DNA of 64,000 bases from Cenococcum geophilum (Eukaryota), in NCBI GenBank assembly GCA_050273025.1, contig CP158635.1, positions 16,368,001 through 16,432,000 of the forward strand. Reading direction: 5' to 3'. Under the pieces are notes generated by a model. That model made no database searches, had not been told where the DNA came from, and was given only the letters and a program-made list of their open reading frames with translations. Shown piece by piece: positions 25,923 through 39,140 of this stretch (position 1 is its first letter; each line of letters starts with the position of its first letter). The translations under genes and the position numbers were made by a program.

Positions 25923-28900
25923 AATATATTAAAAAGCTTAATATATTTAGTATTGCTATTTATACTACTTTTAAAAACTGGAGCTCTTGCTGCACCCGGC
26001 CTAAAAAGACTAAAACCAACTAAAAGAACCCTGAAAAACACCTAGAGAATCCCCCTGAGATGCATGCATCGCAGGGGAGGCATACGTCGCATGACGGTGG
26101 TTCGCACTCGCGCGCAACCGCCAGAACTACGCCTAGCAATAGCCCTCTATAATAAAGACGAGCGAATACTACACTATAAAGCGGAAATACCTTTATTAAG
26201 AAGGCATCTAATAAAATATAAAGCCTACTAGATATATCTAGTACCTAGAATTATAGGGGAGTAACTATTAGCTATAACGATCTAACGCAGCTAGTAAAAT
26301 AGCTCCGCTAGTTTAGTAAACCTTAGGCGCCCCTCTAGTAAACCCTTAATTAAATCCTCTAATGGCTAAGTAAAATTAAAAATAAATAAAATTCTCCCTT
26401 ACCGGTAAACTGCACCTAGGCCGCTGTAGCTACGCTTTTATAATATAGGGAACTTACTCCCCTTAAGCTAATAACCGGGTATATAATTATAATATAACTA
26501 AATATAGAAAAAGTAGAGGGGCTTAGGGGATAATTAAAAATAGAAGTCCTTATAGAGATCCGTAAAGAGGTCTATAACGCTATTATAGTCCAACACCTTA
26601 GGAGCGGAGATATTAAAGTTACCTTAAAGGACTAATAGGTAAAGGAATAAGCCGTAAGGGTAGGAGACAGGCTAGGAGAACGTATTAGTATAAAAGTACT
26701 CTATGAGGACTACCTAGTTAAAGTCCTAGCGGTGCCTATAAGCCTTAGGGTAGAAAAGGGACGCTAGGCGGACAATACAGCAATTATATAGGAGATAGTA
26801 AGATAAACGGAATGCTTTATACTAGGACTTAAGATTACCTAAATCTAATAGCTTTAATAGGAAAATGCAAACTAAATAAATAATGAAAATAATAAGAGGA
26901 TATAAGGGTCGCTAGAGACTCGCTAGGGAGATACTAGATAAACGTATAGCTCCCTTATTATTAGCATATATACACTAAAAATATAAAAACTTTTTATCTA
27001 AAAAGGAATAATTATAAACGGCCTTATATATAATATAAGGCTCTACAACTATAGACTACGCCTAAAATAATACTATTACTGCGTATAATAGGGACACACC
27101 TAATCTATATACGTAGTATAGGTGTGCTGCGGCCACTATATAGGCCCCTATAATATAAGACACTGCTTAAATTAAGACTAAATAAAATGCGTAAACTGCT
27201 ACTAAAGCATATATAAGGCATAGGAGAGAGAAGACTGCATTAAATATAGGAGACGGAAGGTAAGGGCTTAATAGCTGCGGGAATAACTTTATATAAGGTT
27301 ATACAAATAGAAATAATAGGCGATAAGCTAGGGGAGCGCAGGCGCCTTTCTATCGTTTCCTACCTTTAATACTAAGGGGCTAGGCCAGCCGTCCTAAGCC
27401 TCAACGGGCTAGAAGCAACGTTACATAATATCACTAGACTATATAGGGATATAAGGATCACAGGGGACATAAGGGAGAGGACGCCTTATAGGAAGACCCT
27501 TATAGACAGCTATAGCAAGCTTAAAACCGGGATAATTAAGAATTAGACTTAACGCGGTAAATATAACATTTGCAGCCAACTCTTAAAGGGTATATAGCTA
27601 ACTAGTAAAAACAGGGAAAGAACCGGAGATAATAATAGATTTAGATATAGAAGCGCTAGTAGGAATATAAGACATAGGAATAGAAAGCTCTATACAAAAT
27701 AAGTAGTAATTAGGGTATAGTTATAAGAGATAGAAGTTCTAAATATCCTAGAGAAAGTGGAAATAGAAAAAGCAAGAATTAATAAAGAGGCGAAGGACCC
27801 TCGCTAGGGGTCCGCTACCTATCTATTATATAGTATAACTATAGTAATACAAACTACTATCTCGTAAGGCCCTTACTAGATAGTCTAGACCTAGAGAAAC
27901 ACTATATCCTTGCTATATAAGAGCCGTACTATAATACCTATATATAATTAATATACTGCCCCTAAGGATTTCAGCTCCTATATAAACCAAAAGTAGCCAC
28001 ACGCGTGTGCTTTATAATTAGTAAGACTATTAGCCTATCCTTATAGTTATAGCAGGCAGTTAATCTAGATATTATAGTTATAATAATCCAGATATATAGA
28101 GGACCGGTATAAATTATTAATATATATAACCCTAGGGTTAAAGGGGTCCTATAAATAGAGAACATTATATTAATAATAAGCTTACTTAAAACTAAAGGCA
28201 TAGAGTCTATCCTATTAGGAGATATAAACCTCCACCACCCGCGGTAGGGGGGTATCTACGTTACTGCTAAACAACAGGTAGAGTGTTTACTAAAAGCTAT
28301 AGACACCTAGGGCCTTAAGCTGGCCACCCCCCTTAGAGCAATTATATGGTAATAAGGATCCGCTAGAAGTATAATTAACCTTATATTTATAGACGAAGGC
28401 CTATACTAGAGACTTAAAAGGTATAACCCTAAAGAAGAATAGGCACTTACTTTAGACCATATCCCCATTTAGATATAGCTAGATTTAAATATTAAGGCGT
28501 AACTAAATAGTAAAAGATACGTAATAAGGATGCTTAAGGTAAATAGTTTCCTTAATATAGTTAAATAATAACTCTAAGATCTAGAAGAAATCCACCCAAT
28601 ACCAAACAAGCGAGGCTTATTAGCTACCCCTAAGGAAATTAACTAAAGACTAGAAAGGATCTAGGTAGTAATTAAAAATAGGCTAGAAGAGTATTGCCTA
28701 GTCTTAAGACCGGGCCCCTACGCGCGACACGTATAGTCTATATAATGCGCGGTTCTTATAGCTAGCCAACGATAAGTAAAAAGGAAATACTTAAGTAGCT
28801 ACAACCCTAAAGATAAGAGACGATATAAAGATATAAGAAACTAGTTAAAGAATACCCTAAAAAAAGAAGTAAGGAATAACTGGAGACGATTTATAAACGA

Positions 28901-31518
28901 GTATACCTTTAACTTAAGCCTCCCCTATAATAAGAGCCTATAGGCCATAGTAAAATAGGTAAAGAAAAAGGCAGGGCGATTAGTAGAAGACTTATACCTA
29001 CTACCCCTACAAAGAGCAGGGGAATTATAGGCCACTAATAATAACGATAAGAAGGTAAAGATCCTTATAGAAAGGTTCTTCCCCTAACCGGCTCTAGTAG
29101 ACCTTAGTGATATTACGGGTAAAGCATTAGTGACTTGCCTACGGGTCAACAGCGATATAATAATAGAGGAAATGGCTAGAACTATTAGCTGCCTTTTAAA
29201 TAATATAGCACTAGGACTAGATGGGATTCTAAATAAGGCCTTAAAGACCTATAGACTACTTATAGCACCCTAGCTTGCAGATATAGCTAGAGTATACTTT
29301 ACTATAGGCTACTACCCGCGACTTAGAAGATCTATAATAATAGTTGTCCTATAAAAAGAAGGTAAAGTAGATTACTTAATCCTAGAAAGCTACTGCCCTA
29401 TTACCTTAAAAAACACCCTTAGTAAGATCTTAAAAAAGGTAATAGCGAACCACATAGTAGATATAGCTAAGGAATATGCCCTACTACTATAGAGCTAAAT
29501 AGGGGCAAGAAAGAACCGCTTAACACTATCAGCACTTATGCTACTCGCTACCACTATTAAATCTATATGGGCGATGCGAAGGGACTTTATAGTATTAATG
29601 CTTAGCCTAAATATTAGTGGCGCCTATAATAACGTACCCTATAAGCGTCTCCTATATATCCTTAGGGCAAAAGGCTTCCTAGAATAGATTATATAATTTA
29701 TTTAAGGGTTTATAGGTTAAAAAGAAATATTACTAGTCTTTAGCGGATACTAGAGCCCCCCTATTACAGTTATAACAGGAATACTATAAGGATTACCCCT
29801 CTCGCCTATACTCTTCCTTTTCTTTATAAGCAACCTACTTAACTCCTTTAAGGAAGGGGCGACTTAGGGGATAGGCTTCGTTAATAATACAAACCTAATT
29901 ATATACGGGCTAATAGCCGCAAAGAATTGCAGAATACTAGAGAAAGCTTATAACACCTATATAGAATAGGCAAGACGATATAGAGTCTAATTCTTACTAG
30001 AGAAATACCAGCTAATCTATTTTATAAGAAAACGTAACTAATCTATAGATCTTTAGCATATAATTTATATTTAAGGCTTTAGGGGTTAACTAGTTTAGGG
30101 CCTAAAGGTATTAGGAGTATAGGTAGACCGTAAGCTCCAGTAGAGCGCATATACGGCGTAAGCGGCCTATAAGGGCTAAGTATAGTATATTATATTATCT
30201 AGGATCGTTAATTCCATATAGGGCCTATGCTTTTAGAGGTTACGCCTACTATATATAGTAGTTGTCCGGCTAACTATAACGTATAGGTCTAGTATTTAGG
30301 CCATTAGAGAATCTAAGAAAGGCCCCCCTAAGTCGCTCCTTAAACCACTCTAAAAGGTCTAAATAGCCTACCTCTAGAGTATAATAGGCGGATATAAGCG
30401 AACGGCCACAATACTGCTTAAGAAGGAAGCTAATATTCCCCCCCTATAACTATATATTAAAGCCGCTGTAATATAAAGGGCGTAAAATAAACGTAACTCT
30501 AATATTATAAAGTATATTAAGATACGCCTAAATAAACTATGGAGGGACCCTAGGGCGCCCTATAGGAGAATAAACTAATAACCCTAAAGTAGGGAAGATA
30601 TATTAGAGAAATAGGTAAAAAAAGTAAAAGAAGAATAGTGCTACTTTAGGGCCTAGGCCTATATAGAGGAGAAAGAGAAACGCGTAAGAGGCCAGCAAAG
30701 ATAATAGTAAGAGAGAGAAAGGAGCTAAAGCAGAGCATAAAAGAACGCTAAGAAACTATTTACTATAATATAATACTAGTTAGACTAACGCTAAAGAGGT
30801 ATATAGGAGTTAAAGGTATAGAGGCTAACTAAGGTAAAAGGAACCTAAGCCGTAGTATAGTTAACGCTATAGGGGGCAAATACTCTAGGGCTCCAAGAAG
30901 GCCTAATAAAGGCAGAAAATATAATAGTAATACTCTTAAGAATAGGAATAATAGGACTAAAAGACTGGCTCTACTAGGTAGGTATCCTAATAGGTAACCT
31001 AAGATGCGAATATAGCTGGCTAAGACAGACACTAAAATACGTAATATTATTATGCCCCTTATATACCAACTAAGAAGCAATGCTCTTAGTAGCTAGCATA
31101 GAGAACTATAATACACTGCTCTTAATATAAAAAGGCCTTAAGGCGGTTACCTAGTGGCTTATTAGCTAAAATATACTAAACTAGTTCCGGGTTATAAGGG
31201 AAATAAAAATAGAGGGTAGGAGGGTAAGCAACGGGCGCCCCCTAATAACTCTACAGTAGTAGAGTAAAAGTTTACGATACTAGCGCGTCCGTAGGCCTAT
31301 TACGGCAGTAGTAGTTCCTAAGGAGGTTAAAAAGTAAGGTAGTAGGAGCACTATAGGTGACTCGCAGGCGCCTTATAGGCGCTGTATAGGCGAGTCCTAA
31401 AAGGCGGGGAGATGGATTACGGGGTTTTCTTAAATAGAGTTTTCTCCCTATATGTATATAAGGAGTAGTCCGCGTGGGCCTAATAGGGATCCGAATCGGA
31501 CGTTAAGTAATGAATTAT
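25923..31518 (+). mobile_element. Tad1-like LINE family A, copy 2, inserted in the G1 integrase
   Basis: 18-bp TSD TATTAATATATTAAGGTA (25905-25922 / 31519-31536). Removing the insert restores the integrase frame. Collinear with copy 1. Confidence 0.93.
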
Positions 31519-31668
31519 TATTAATATATTAAGGTAGGCGATTAAGTATCTTATCTTAGATAGTTGGTCTATAACTACTATAATATTTATACAGCCTTTA
31601 CTTACGGGGAGGTTAATAACAAAGTTAATTAAGATATCCTTTTATCTTCGGTCCAGAATAGGTAGTAG

Positions 31669-31920
31669 TGTAGTGGTGTAGATTGGACGTCGCCTACTAT
31701 CTTGGCATTTTCCTATATTTATAGAGCCTTCGGCTTCCTTCCTTCTTCCCTCTATTATATAGATATTACGACTCTACTAGTTACCGGAAATACACTCTTT
31801 TCTTTCTTTCTTACTAACTGTTTTACTGACTGATTACGACCGACCGACCGACCGACCGACAGACTGACTAACTGACAGCACTGTGACTTTCCCATCTTAG
31901 AGAGATCGTACCCTCCTACA
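31669..31920. mobile_element. Solo LTR-like insertion (252 bp, TGTAG...CTACA) with a 4-bp TSD
   Basis: GTAG duplicated at 31665-31668 and 31921-31924. Removal restores GLLKLLPILDRR in the G1 integrase. Contains a (GACC/GACT)n tract. Confidence 0.82.
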
Positions 31921-34900
31921 GTAGCTTAAGAAGGCCGTTATATATCTTATATAAAGATTTAGCTCATTAGTAGATATAGTAGCTAGAGACGTACCTTTGT
32001 ATTATATTATACATATTTAGCTAGTAGTACTCCTATTAAAGTAGATCTAAGGTCTTCCCTTAGCCTAGGTAGCCGGCTACTAGTAAATTATATATATATT
32101 TAAGGAGCTTAAGCTTAAGTTTGTCGTAGTTAGGTATAACTAGGCGGTTTTAGTAGTATAAGCGGTTTCTATAAGCTTTATATTTACTTAAAGAAATATT
32201 TTTAAAGCGTCTAATACCGTCTTATATTAGCCTAAGCGTTTCTTAGATAAACTTATTATTCGGATATTTATTAATTATAATCTATTTAATTAATTAATTA
32301 GTTATTTTAAGGACGTGCACTATAAGGTCTTTAGTAAGAGGGTTAAATAGTTTAGGATAAAGTAGGGTCTAATTTTAGTAAGAGCGCGCTTCTTTTAATA
32401 CTGGCGCGTCTTATAAGCGTTAGGTTAGGGTATTAGGCTTCTAGCCTTAGACGCCTAGGTAATATATAATTGAGAATTAAAAGCGAGATAGGTATTCTAA
32501 CTAGCAGGCCTAGTAATAGCTTAGCTATTTTGTGGTTATAAAGTACTATAAATTCTTATAGTTGCTAAGGACCTTAATCGGAAATCCGGCGCCTTCTAGT
32601 TTAGGTTACTATTATTTAAAACCTCTAATAATAGCCAGTAATTCGTTATTATAGATCTTATAGTTATATTTAGCTAGGCTTCGTTATTTTAAGAAGTATA
32701 CTATAGGGTGCAATACCCTATTCTCGTTATATTAAGACAAAATACCTCTAGTAATATAGTTAGATAAATTAGCTTCTATAATACTTATTTAGTTTAAGTT
32801 AAAGTGTTAGAGTACGGGCGCGGTAATAAATATAACCTTTAGATAAGCAAAGGCCTTCTTATATTCCTTATTAAAGATAAAAGCTTTATCCTTTTAGGTT
32901 AGGGCTAAAAGGAGTAAAACTAGGGCGAAAAAGTTATTAATAAACCGTTAGTAGAAGTTGGTAAATCCTATAAAGGCTCTTACGTCCTTAGCATTCTTAG
33001 GTTCTTACTAGTTTATAATTACTTTAATGTTCTTTAGGTCTATTTATATACTATTTATAAAAATAAGGAGTTTAAGGTATAGAACTTCCGTTTTATAGAA
33101 TTCGCATTTATCTATATCTAATTATAGACTAGCTCTGTATAGGGCTTATAGAATAAAGTTAACGTATTTCTAATATTTGGTTAGGTTATTACTATATATT
33201 AGGATATTATTAATATAAGTAGTATAGAAGATGTTCAGGTAAGGACGTAGGGTATTATTTATATAATATTAAAACAAACTTAGAGCGTTTATAAGGCTAA
33301 ATAGCGTTACTAAGTATTTAAATAATTTATACTAAGTATAAAATGCAGTAAGCCATTTATCTCCTTTTACTATATAGAGACGGTTAAATATAGAGATAAT
33401 ATTAAGCTTTGTATAGTAGCGAGCCTTACTTAATTAGTTTAGCATCTCTTATATTAATAGGATTAGATATTAGTTCTTAATAGTAACGGCGTTAAGAGCT
33501 TAGTAATCTATATAGAAGCGTAAACCGCCGCCAGGTTTCTTAATAAAGATTACTAGTACGGCTATAGGCAACAAGCTTACTCTAATAAATCCTTTACTTA
33601 GGTTCTTATCTAAATACTTTTATAGTACTTAGAGTTTATTTTAGGACATCCCGCATAGGGGTCTAAATCTAGGCTACTTTCTTTCTTTAAGTATAATCTT
33701 TATAGTTATATAGTTAGTATTCTAGTAGCTTATCGGCTTCCTTTCGTAAGAATGCATCTAGGCGGTAATAATACTCTATTAGTACCTTTATGGCAGGTTC
33801 AGTGTACTTCTTTAATACTAAGGCCTTCTTAATATCGGCTATTATAACAGCGAAGATTATATACTCGGGTTTCTTGGCAAGTTATGCTAGTGGGGTAACT
33901 CTAATTATATAGATGTCTAGGGTGTTAAGCTTGTTTAAATCGTTTATAGTTTCTTACGTGGCTTCCTATTTAGCTTTAGGTTTAGTATTAGGTGCGGAGT
34001 CGGTATTAGATTTAGGTTTCGGTTCTTTAAGAATCCCTTTTATGGTAGAATACTAGTCCTTTTAGTATTTTTGTGTATTAAGCTTAAGCTTCTACTTAGC
34101 TTAGGGCGGTGCAGTAGTTAGAATCAGTTTATAGGGTTTGGTGGAAATTTTAGATTCTTAATAGATATTGATGGAAGTCTTATATCGGTAGAATTCGGTA
34201 GAATTCCTAGGCTAGTGGAATTGGGTAAACTTCTTAGGTGTAGGGTAGATTTTAGTAAATTTTTTAGATTTTAGTTCTGGGTCTAAGCAGTAAGTTATAA
34301 GGCACTTCTGCTTATAGCGGGAGGTAGTAAATAGAAGCTTAAGATTATTTTAATTAATAGTTACCTTATAAAGCTTTATCTAGGGTTATTTAAGGATTAT
34401 TAGGTAACCTAAGGTAGTAATAAAAAGCCTAATTAGTTCTTTATAGTTTAGGTATTAGAGTCTTAGGTATACTATATAGGTAATTCGGCCTAAGATTGTG
34501 TGTTTACCATTAAATCCAAATACGTTAATATGCTAGTTAAGGGGGGTTAGGGTAAAACTATTATCTTACGCGAAGATCTTATTAATAAACCCTATACTAC
34601 TAGCTCCTATATTAATTAGGACTTAAGCACTAACTTATTAACTATTTTGCTAAAGATAGTAGTTAACGGTTATGCTATAATCCTAAGAGTTAGAGTTTGT
34701 AATATTTAAAGCATTTAATAAGATCCTAAGGTAGAGCCGTTTTAAAAAGCAACTTAGCTCTAGGACCTTTCTTTTAGAGGTAATTGGGGCGGAGTTCTTA
34801 TAGCGTGTTAATTGTAGCTTCGTCCTTATAAGTAGCACTTACTAGATACTAAACTGGAATTAGATAATAATTAGGTAATATAGGGCTTAAGATTAGTTGC

Positions 34901-35997
34901 TTATACTAGTTATCCTTTTATATAATTTAGACAGCGGTACACCACCTATACTAGTTGTTTAAATATTTATTTTAGGCAAGGGGACAGAGCAGTAACTTAA
35001 AATATAAGTACTACTTCCGCATTTAAAACAAAGGCCGTATTTAATACGTTATTCACATTTAGCAGATCCTTTTAGGGCGTAAAAGAGGGTTCTAGCGTTA
35101 ATATCTATAGCGTCTGGGTCCTTATAGGTCTTAGACGGTTAGGGGGCAAAGTGTTAAGGTATATATTTTGGGGTAAGGCATAGTATATTGTTATATACCG
35201 TTAATAATAGCGTAGCAGTAAGGGTATTTAGCAGCTTAACTCTTATAAGGGAAGCCTTTAGTTTAGAGTTTAAGGATTCCACTAGGCAATTAATTAAGGT
35301 AGGTTCGTTTTATTTAGTCTCTTTAGTATAACGGTAGAACTTAGTAAAGTATAATAAGAAGCTCTTAGAGCTATATGTTATCTTATTTAGTTTCCTTTAT
35401 ACTATTATAATTTAGTTAGGGTCGCTATAAGATACTTCTAGTATAGTAACTAGTTTGTTTATAATGCTTAACTAAAACGGGTATATAGTTTTCGCGACGT
35501 CTCCTATTAGACTGCTTATAGCATAATATAGTTAACTATTAGGGGTAGGGTAGCAATCAGTATTACCATTTAGCTTATTCTTAAGTTAGTTAAGAAAAAA
35601 TCGTAGTTCGCTCCTTTTACCTAAATAGGCAAAAGGATTAGGGAGATATTCGGTTAGCTTCTTTACAAGGGCACTAATTAGCGAATTTGGGGTTAAGGAG
35701 CTAGTTTTAGACACGTCTTCTCTATCTAGTACTTATAGATTAACACTAGTAGGAACGGGTGGAGGCGATAGTATAGTAGATAATAGGTTACAGCGGATCT
35801 CTTTAATTTCTTTTCTTAGGGATCTAATTATCTTTTAGTATTAAGCCTCTTATTAAGCAAAGGTATCTATAAAAGCCTATTATAGGCCCTTTATTTGTTC
35901 GGTAAATATATTATATAAGTTAGTTATAGATATAGGGGCTTTTAGATTGTTCTGTACGTTAGGCGGGGTGAGGTAGTATAGGTTTAACATAATGTAG

Positions 35998-36366
35998 TAT
36001 TACGGAGCGAGTATAAGCGACGATAATATATAACGAGTAGATATTATTAAGCTACGTATATAAACTGTATAATAAAGTTAGAACATTACGTAAGAAAAAA
36101 AGGTAGGAAAATGGGAAGAAAGGGTATATATTATAAACTTAGTTGCTTAATTAACATATATATAGAGTAGAATAAGATTTAGGTGGTAGTCCTAATAGAA
36201 CTTAGCAGGATTTAGTAGAACTTAGTAGAATATAGTAGAATGCGGTAGGTTGCTATTAGATTGCCGTAAATTGTTATTAAATTGCCGTTTTATGGTCGGT
36301 CTTTAGTTACTAAGTTAGTAGAAATAGGTAGACATATATAAGGTATTACGGGGGTATCCCATAATA
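35998..36366 (-). repeat. G1 5' LTR
   Basis: TATTACGGAG...CCCATAATA (RIP-altered TG...CA). Confidence 0.92.
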
Positions 36367-36686
36367 CCCTTAGGCTATTAAGTATAGTTAAGGTATTAAT
36401 TACTTAATTACAAAGACTTGTCTCCTAGGATTTAGTATATATACTTTTAAATCTAGTAGTCCTATACTATATAATTAGCATAACTTTACTATATAGTAAA
36501 TATAAGAGACACTTTATAATAGCACTTAAAGCTACTATATAATTATTAAGAACGTCTATAACGTTATTTTTTAATACTATAGTATTTTTTAGATGTAATT
36601 AAACCTATATATGTCTTTAATTAGCATTTTAATTACCTTCTCCTAGTGGCGTGATTAGTTTTTATAAGAAAGTAATAGCTAAATAG

Positions 36687-37036
36687 TGTTACGGAGTAAG
36701 TATAAGCGACGATAATATATAGCAAAGTAGATATTATTAAACTATGTACATAAACTGTCTAATAAGGTTAAGACGTTACAAAAGGAAAGAAGGTAGGAAA
36801 ACGGAAAGAAAGGGTATATATTATTGACTTAATTGCTTAATTAATACGTATATAGAACAGAATAGGATTTAGGACGTAGTCCTAGCAGAACTTAGTAAAA
36901 TTTAGTAAAACTTAGCGGAATATGGCAGAATATAGCAGATTGCTATTAGGTTGCCATAGGTTGTAGTAAATTACGGTCTTGTGGATAGTAGAAACAAGTA
37001 GGTGTATATAAGGTATTATAGGGATATCCCGTAATA
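36687..37036 (-). mobile_element. Solo LTR of the G1 family
   Basis: Homologous to the G1 LTRs, with its own 5-bp TSD AATAG (36682-36686 / 37037-37041). Confidence 0.92.
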
Positions 37037-37191
37037 AATAGCTTATACTTATACCTTCTTTTTTTTAAATTATACTATTATAATAAAGTTATATTAGTAA
37101 GGTTGCGGCTATATACTAAAAGGGTACTAGGTAGTAAATTATAAAGATACTTTACTTATTAAGCTTAATCCTTTTTCTTAACACTTTACTT

Positions 37192-39140
37192 TATTAGCAA
37201 AATGTTTATACCTCCTAATAGTACTAACAGCTCCTAATAGCTCCTATTAGGGCTGTTAGAAGCTCTAAGAGACGCTTACACTTAGCATCCTACTAAAAGC
37301 CTATTAGGAGGTCGCCTGGACTACTAGAACTATTAGGATTACTAGGACCTTTAGGACCTCTAGGACCTCTAGGACTATTAGGACTATTAGGACCATTAGG
37401 ATAATAATAAAAATTCTAAATTTAAAAATAAGATATATTAACACTCTAGTATTTACAGCTAGTAAAAAAAATAGATAATTTAAAATTAAATTATATATAA
37501 TCTAAATAAACCAAATTAATCTTTTCTGCCTACCGCCTATCTGTTATAGAGCTCTACGATCGCTTAAGCGTCGGGCGATTAACTAAGGAGCCTCTCGCGG
37601 AGGCTCCAAATCGTCAATTGGCGGTGTTCCCGACAACCCGGCCGTGTGCTGATTTCCTAACTAGGCCTAGTGCCTGCCTGCCTGCCTATTCTGCCTATTC
37701 TGCCTATCTGTGCCTACCTGTGCCTATTATGCCTACCTGTCTATGCCTACCTGTCTGTATCTGTAATTCGGGGGAGAGGTTGGCCCGATTGAAGGTTCTG
37801 CTTGATTTAATTAATTGTATTAATTCGAATCGTTCTCTATAGGCGTTTGCTAGCTATACGTTTAAATAGTAGTTGTTTAGGGAGCCTCCTTAGGAGGCCT
37901 TGATTTAATTTGACTCGGTAATAGGCTAATATTAAGGCTCTAGTTCGATTTAATCAATTGATTGAATTAATTATGGTATTCGCCGGCCGGTTATTCAAAC
38001 AATTATTGTCTAGCTCTGGCAACGGTCGTCTAGCTCCGGCCGTAGTCATTAAGCTCGCGACGGTTGTCTAGCTCTGGTGACGGTTATCTGGCTCTAACAA
38101 TAGCCGTCTAGCTCTGACGATAGTCGTCTAGTTCTGGCGACGGTCCTTTCCTACTTACCTTCTGCCTACCTGCCTATGTCAGTATCCAATTTAATTTAGG
38201 GGAAGAGTTAGCCTAATTAAAGGCTCTAATTAATTCAGATCGTTTTCTATAGCTGTTTGCTAGCTATATATTCAAACGGTAGCCATTTAGGGTGCCTCCC
38301 TAGGAAGCCTTAATTTAATTTAGTAATGGCCAATATCAAAGCTCTGGTTTAATTCGATCGATCAATTAATTAAATCGTTTGTGGTATTTGCTGGCTAGTT
38401 ATTTAAAAGGTTATCATCTAGTTCTAGTAACGATTATCTAGTTTTAGGACAGTTGTTTGGCTCTATAATAAGTATCTAGTTCTAGCAACAGTCGTCTAGT
38501 TCTAGCGACAGTTGTCTAGTTCTAGCGACGGTCCTCTACTAGCTACTGTTTTAGTGCCTCCTAAAGTAGGGAGGATATAAGGAAGAATAAAAAATAAGGT
38601 AACTATAAAGGGGGTAACTTAGTAGAGGTATGTATAGGCTATTAGGAATATAGCAGGGACCTAATAGCACTATATGTCGCGCCCGATAGCACTATATATT
38701 ACGCGCGCGCGTACCTAAGGTAGGGGGGTGCCGTATAAGGGGGGGTGTTGTATTAGGGGTGTTGTATTAGGGGTGTTGTATTAGGGGTGTTATATTAGGG
38801 GTGTTATATTAGAGGTGTTATATTAGGGGTATTACTTAAGGGTATATATAGAGGTGTCGCTTTAGGAGGGGGGTATTAGGAGGGGTGTTACTTAGGGGTA
38901 TCCTGCTAGGAACCTAATAGGACGATTAGGAAATACTAGTTTCCTATTAAAAGCCTTATAGGAAAATTAGGAAAATTAAAGATCCTAATAAAAGCCTACT
39001 AGGATAACTAGGATGATTAGGAAAATTAAAATCCTGCTAGGAGCCTATTAGGAGTATATTAGGACCTCTAAGACCTCTAAAACAGTTAAAATCCTATTAG
39101 GAGGCCTTTAGGATCTTAGCACCCTAATAAAATGCTAATA
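37192..39140 (-). mobile_element. Non-coding, minisatellite-filled TIR element S1; termini tentative
   Basis: The core (about 37450-38660) is an inverted homologue of about 51718-53010. Ends are TATTAGCA...TGCTAATA, flanked by TT on both sides, with CCTAYTAGG-type subterminal repeats at both ends. Confidence 0.55.
38740..38900. repeat. 13-14-bp tandem repeat GGGGTGTT(G/A)TATTA
   Basis: Directly visible tandem array. Confidence 0.9.

Larger units (their letters stand above)
24521..36366 (-). mobile_element. Ty3/Gypsy chromovirus G1, full length, carrying a LINE and a solo LTR insertion
   Basis: LTRs at 24521-24909 and 35998-36366, 5-bp TSD CCCTT (24516-24520 / 36367-36371), PPT AAAGGGGGGG on the minus strand next to the left LTR. 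RT ([10 protein letters not shown], about 33520), integrase and chromodomain relics. Confidence 0.93.

Noticed and set aside
30829..31080. Hydrophobic Leu-rich ORF, also at 57502-57789
   Set aside because: It is the antisense frame of the RIPed C-terminus of LINE A ORF2.
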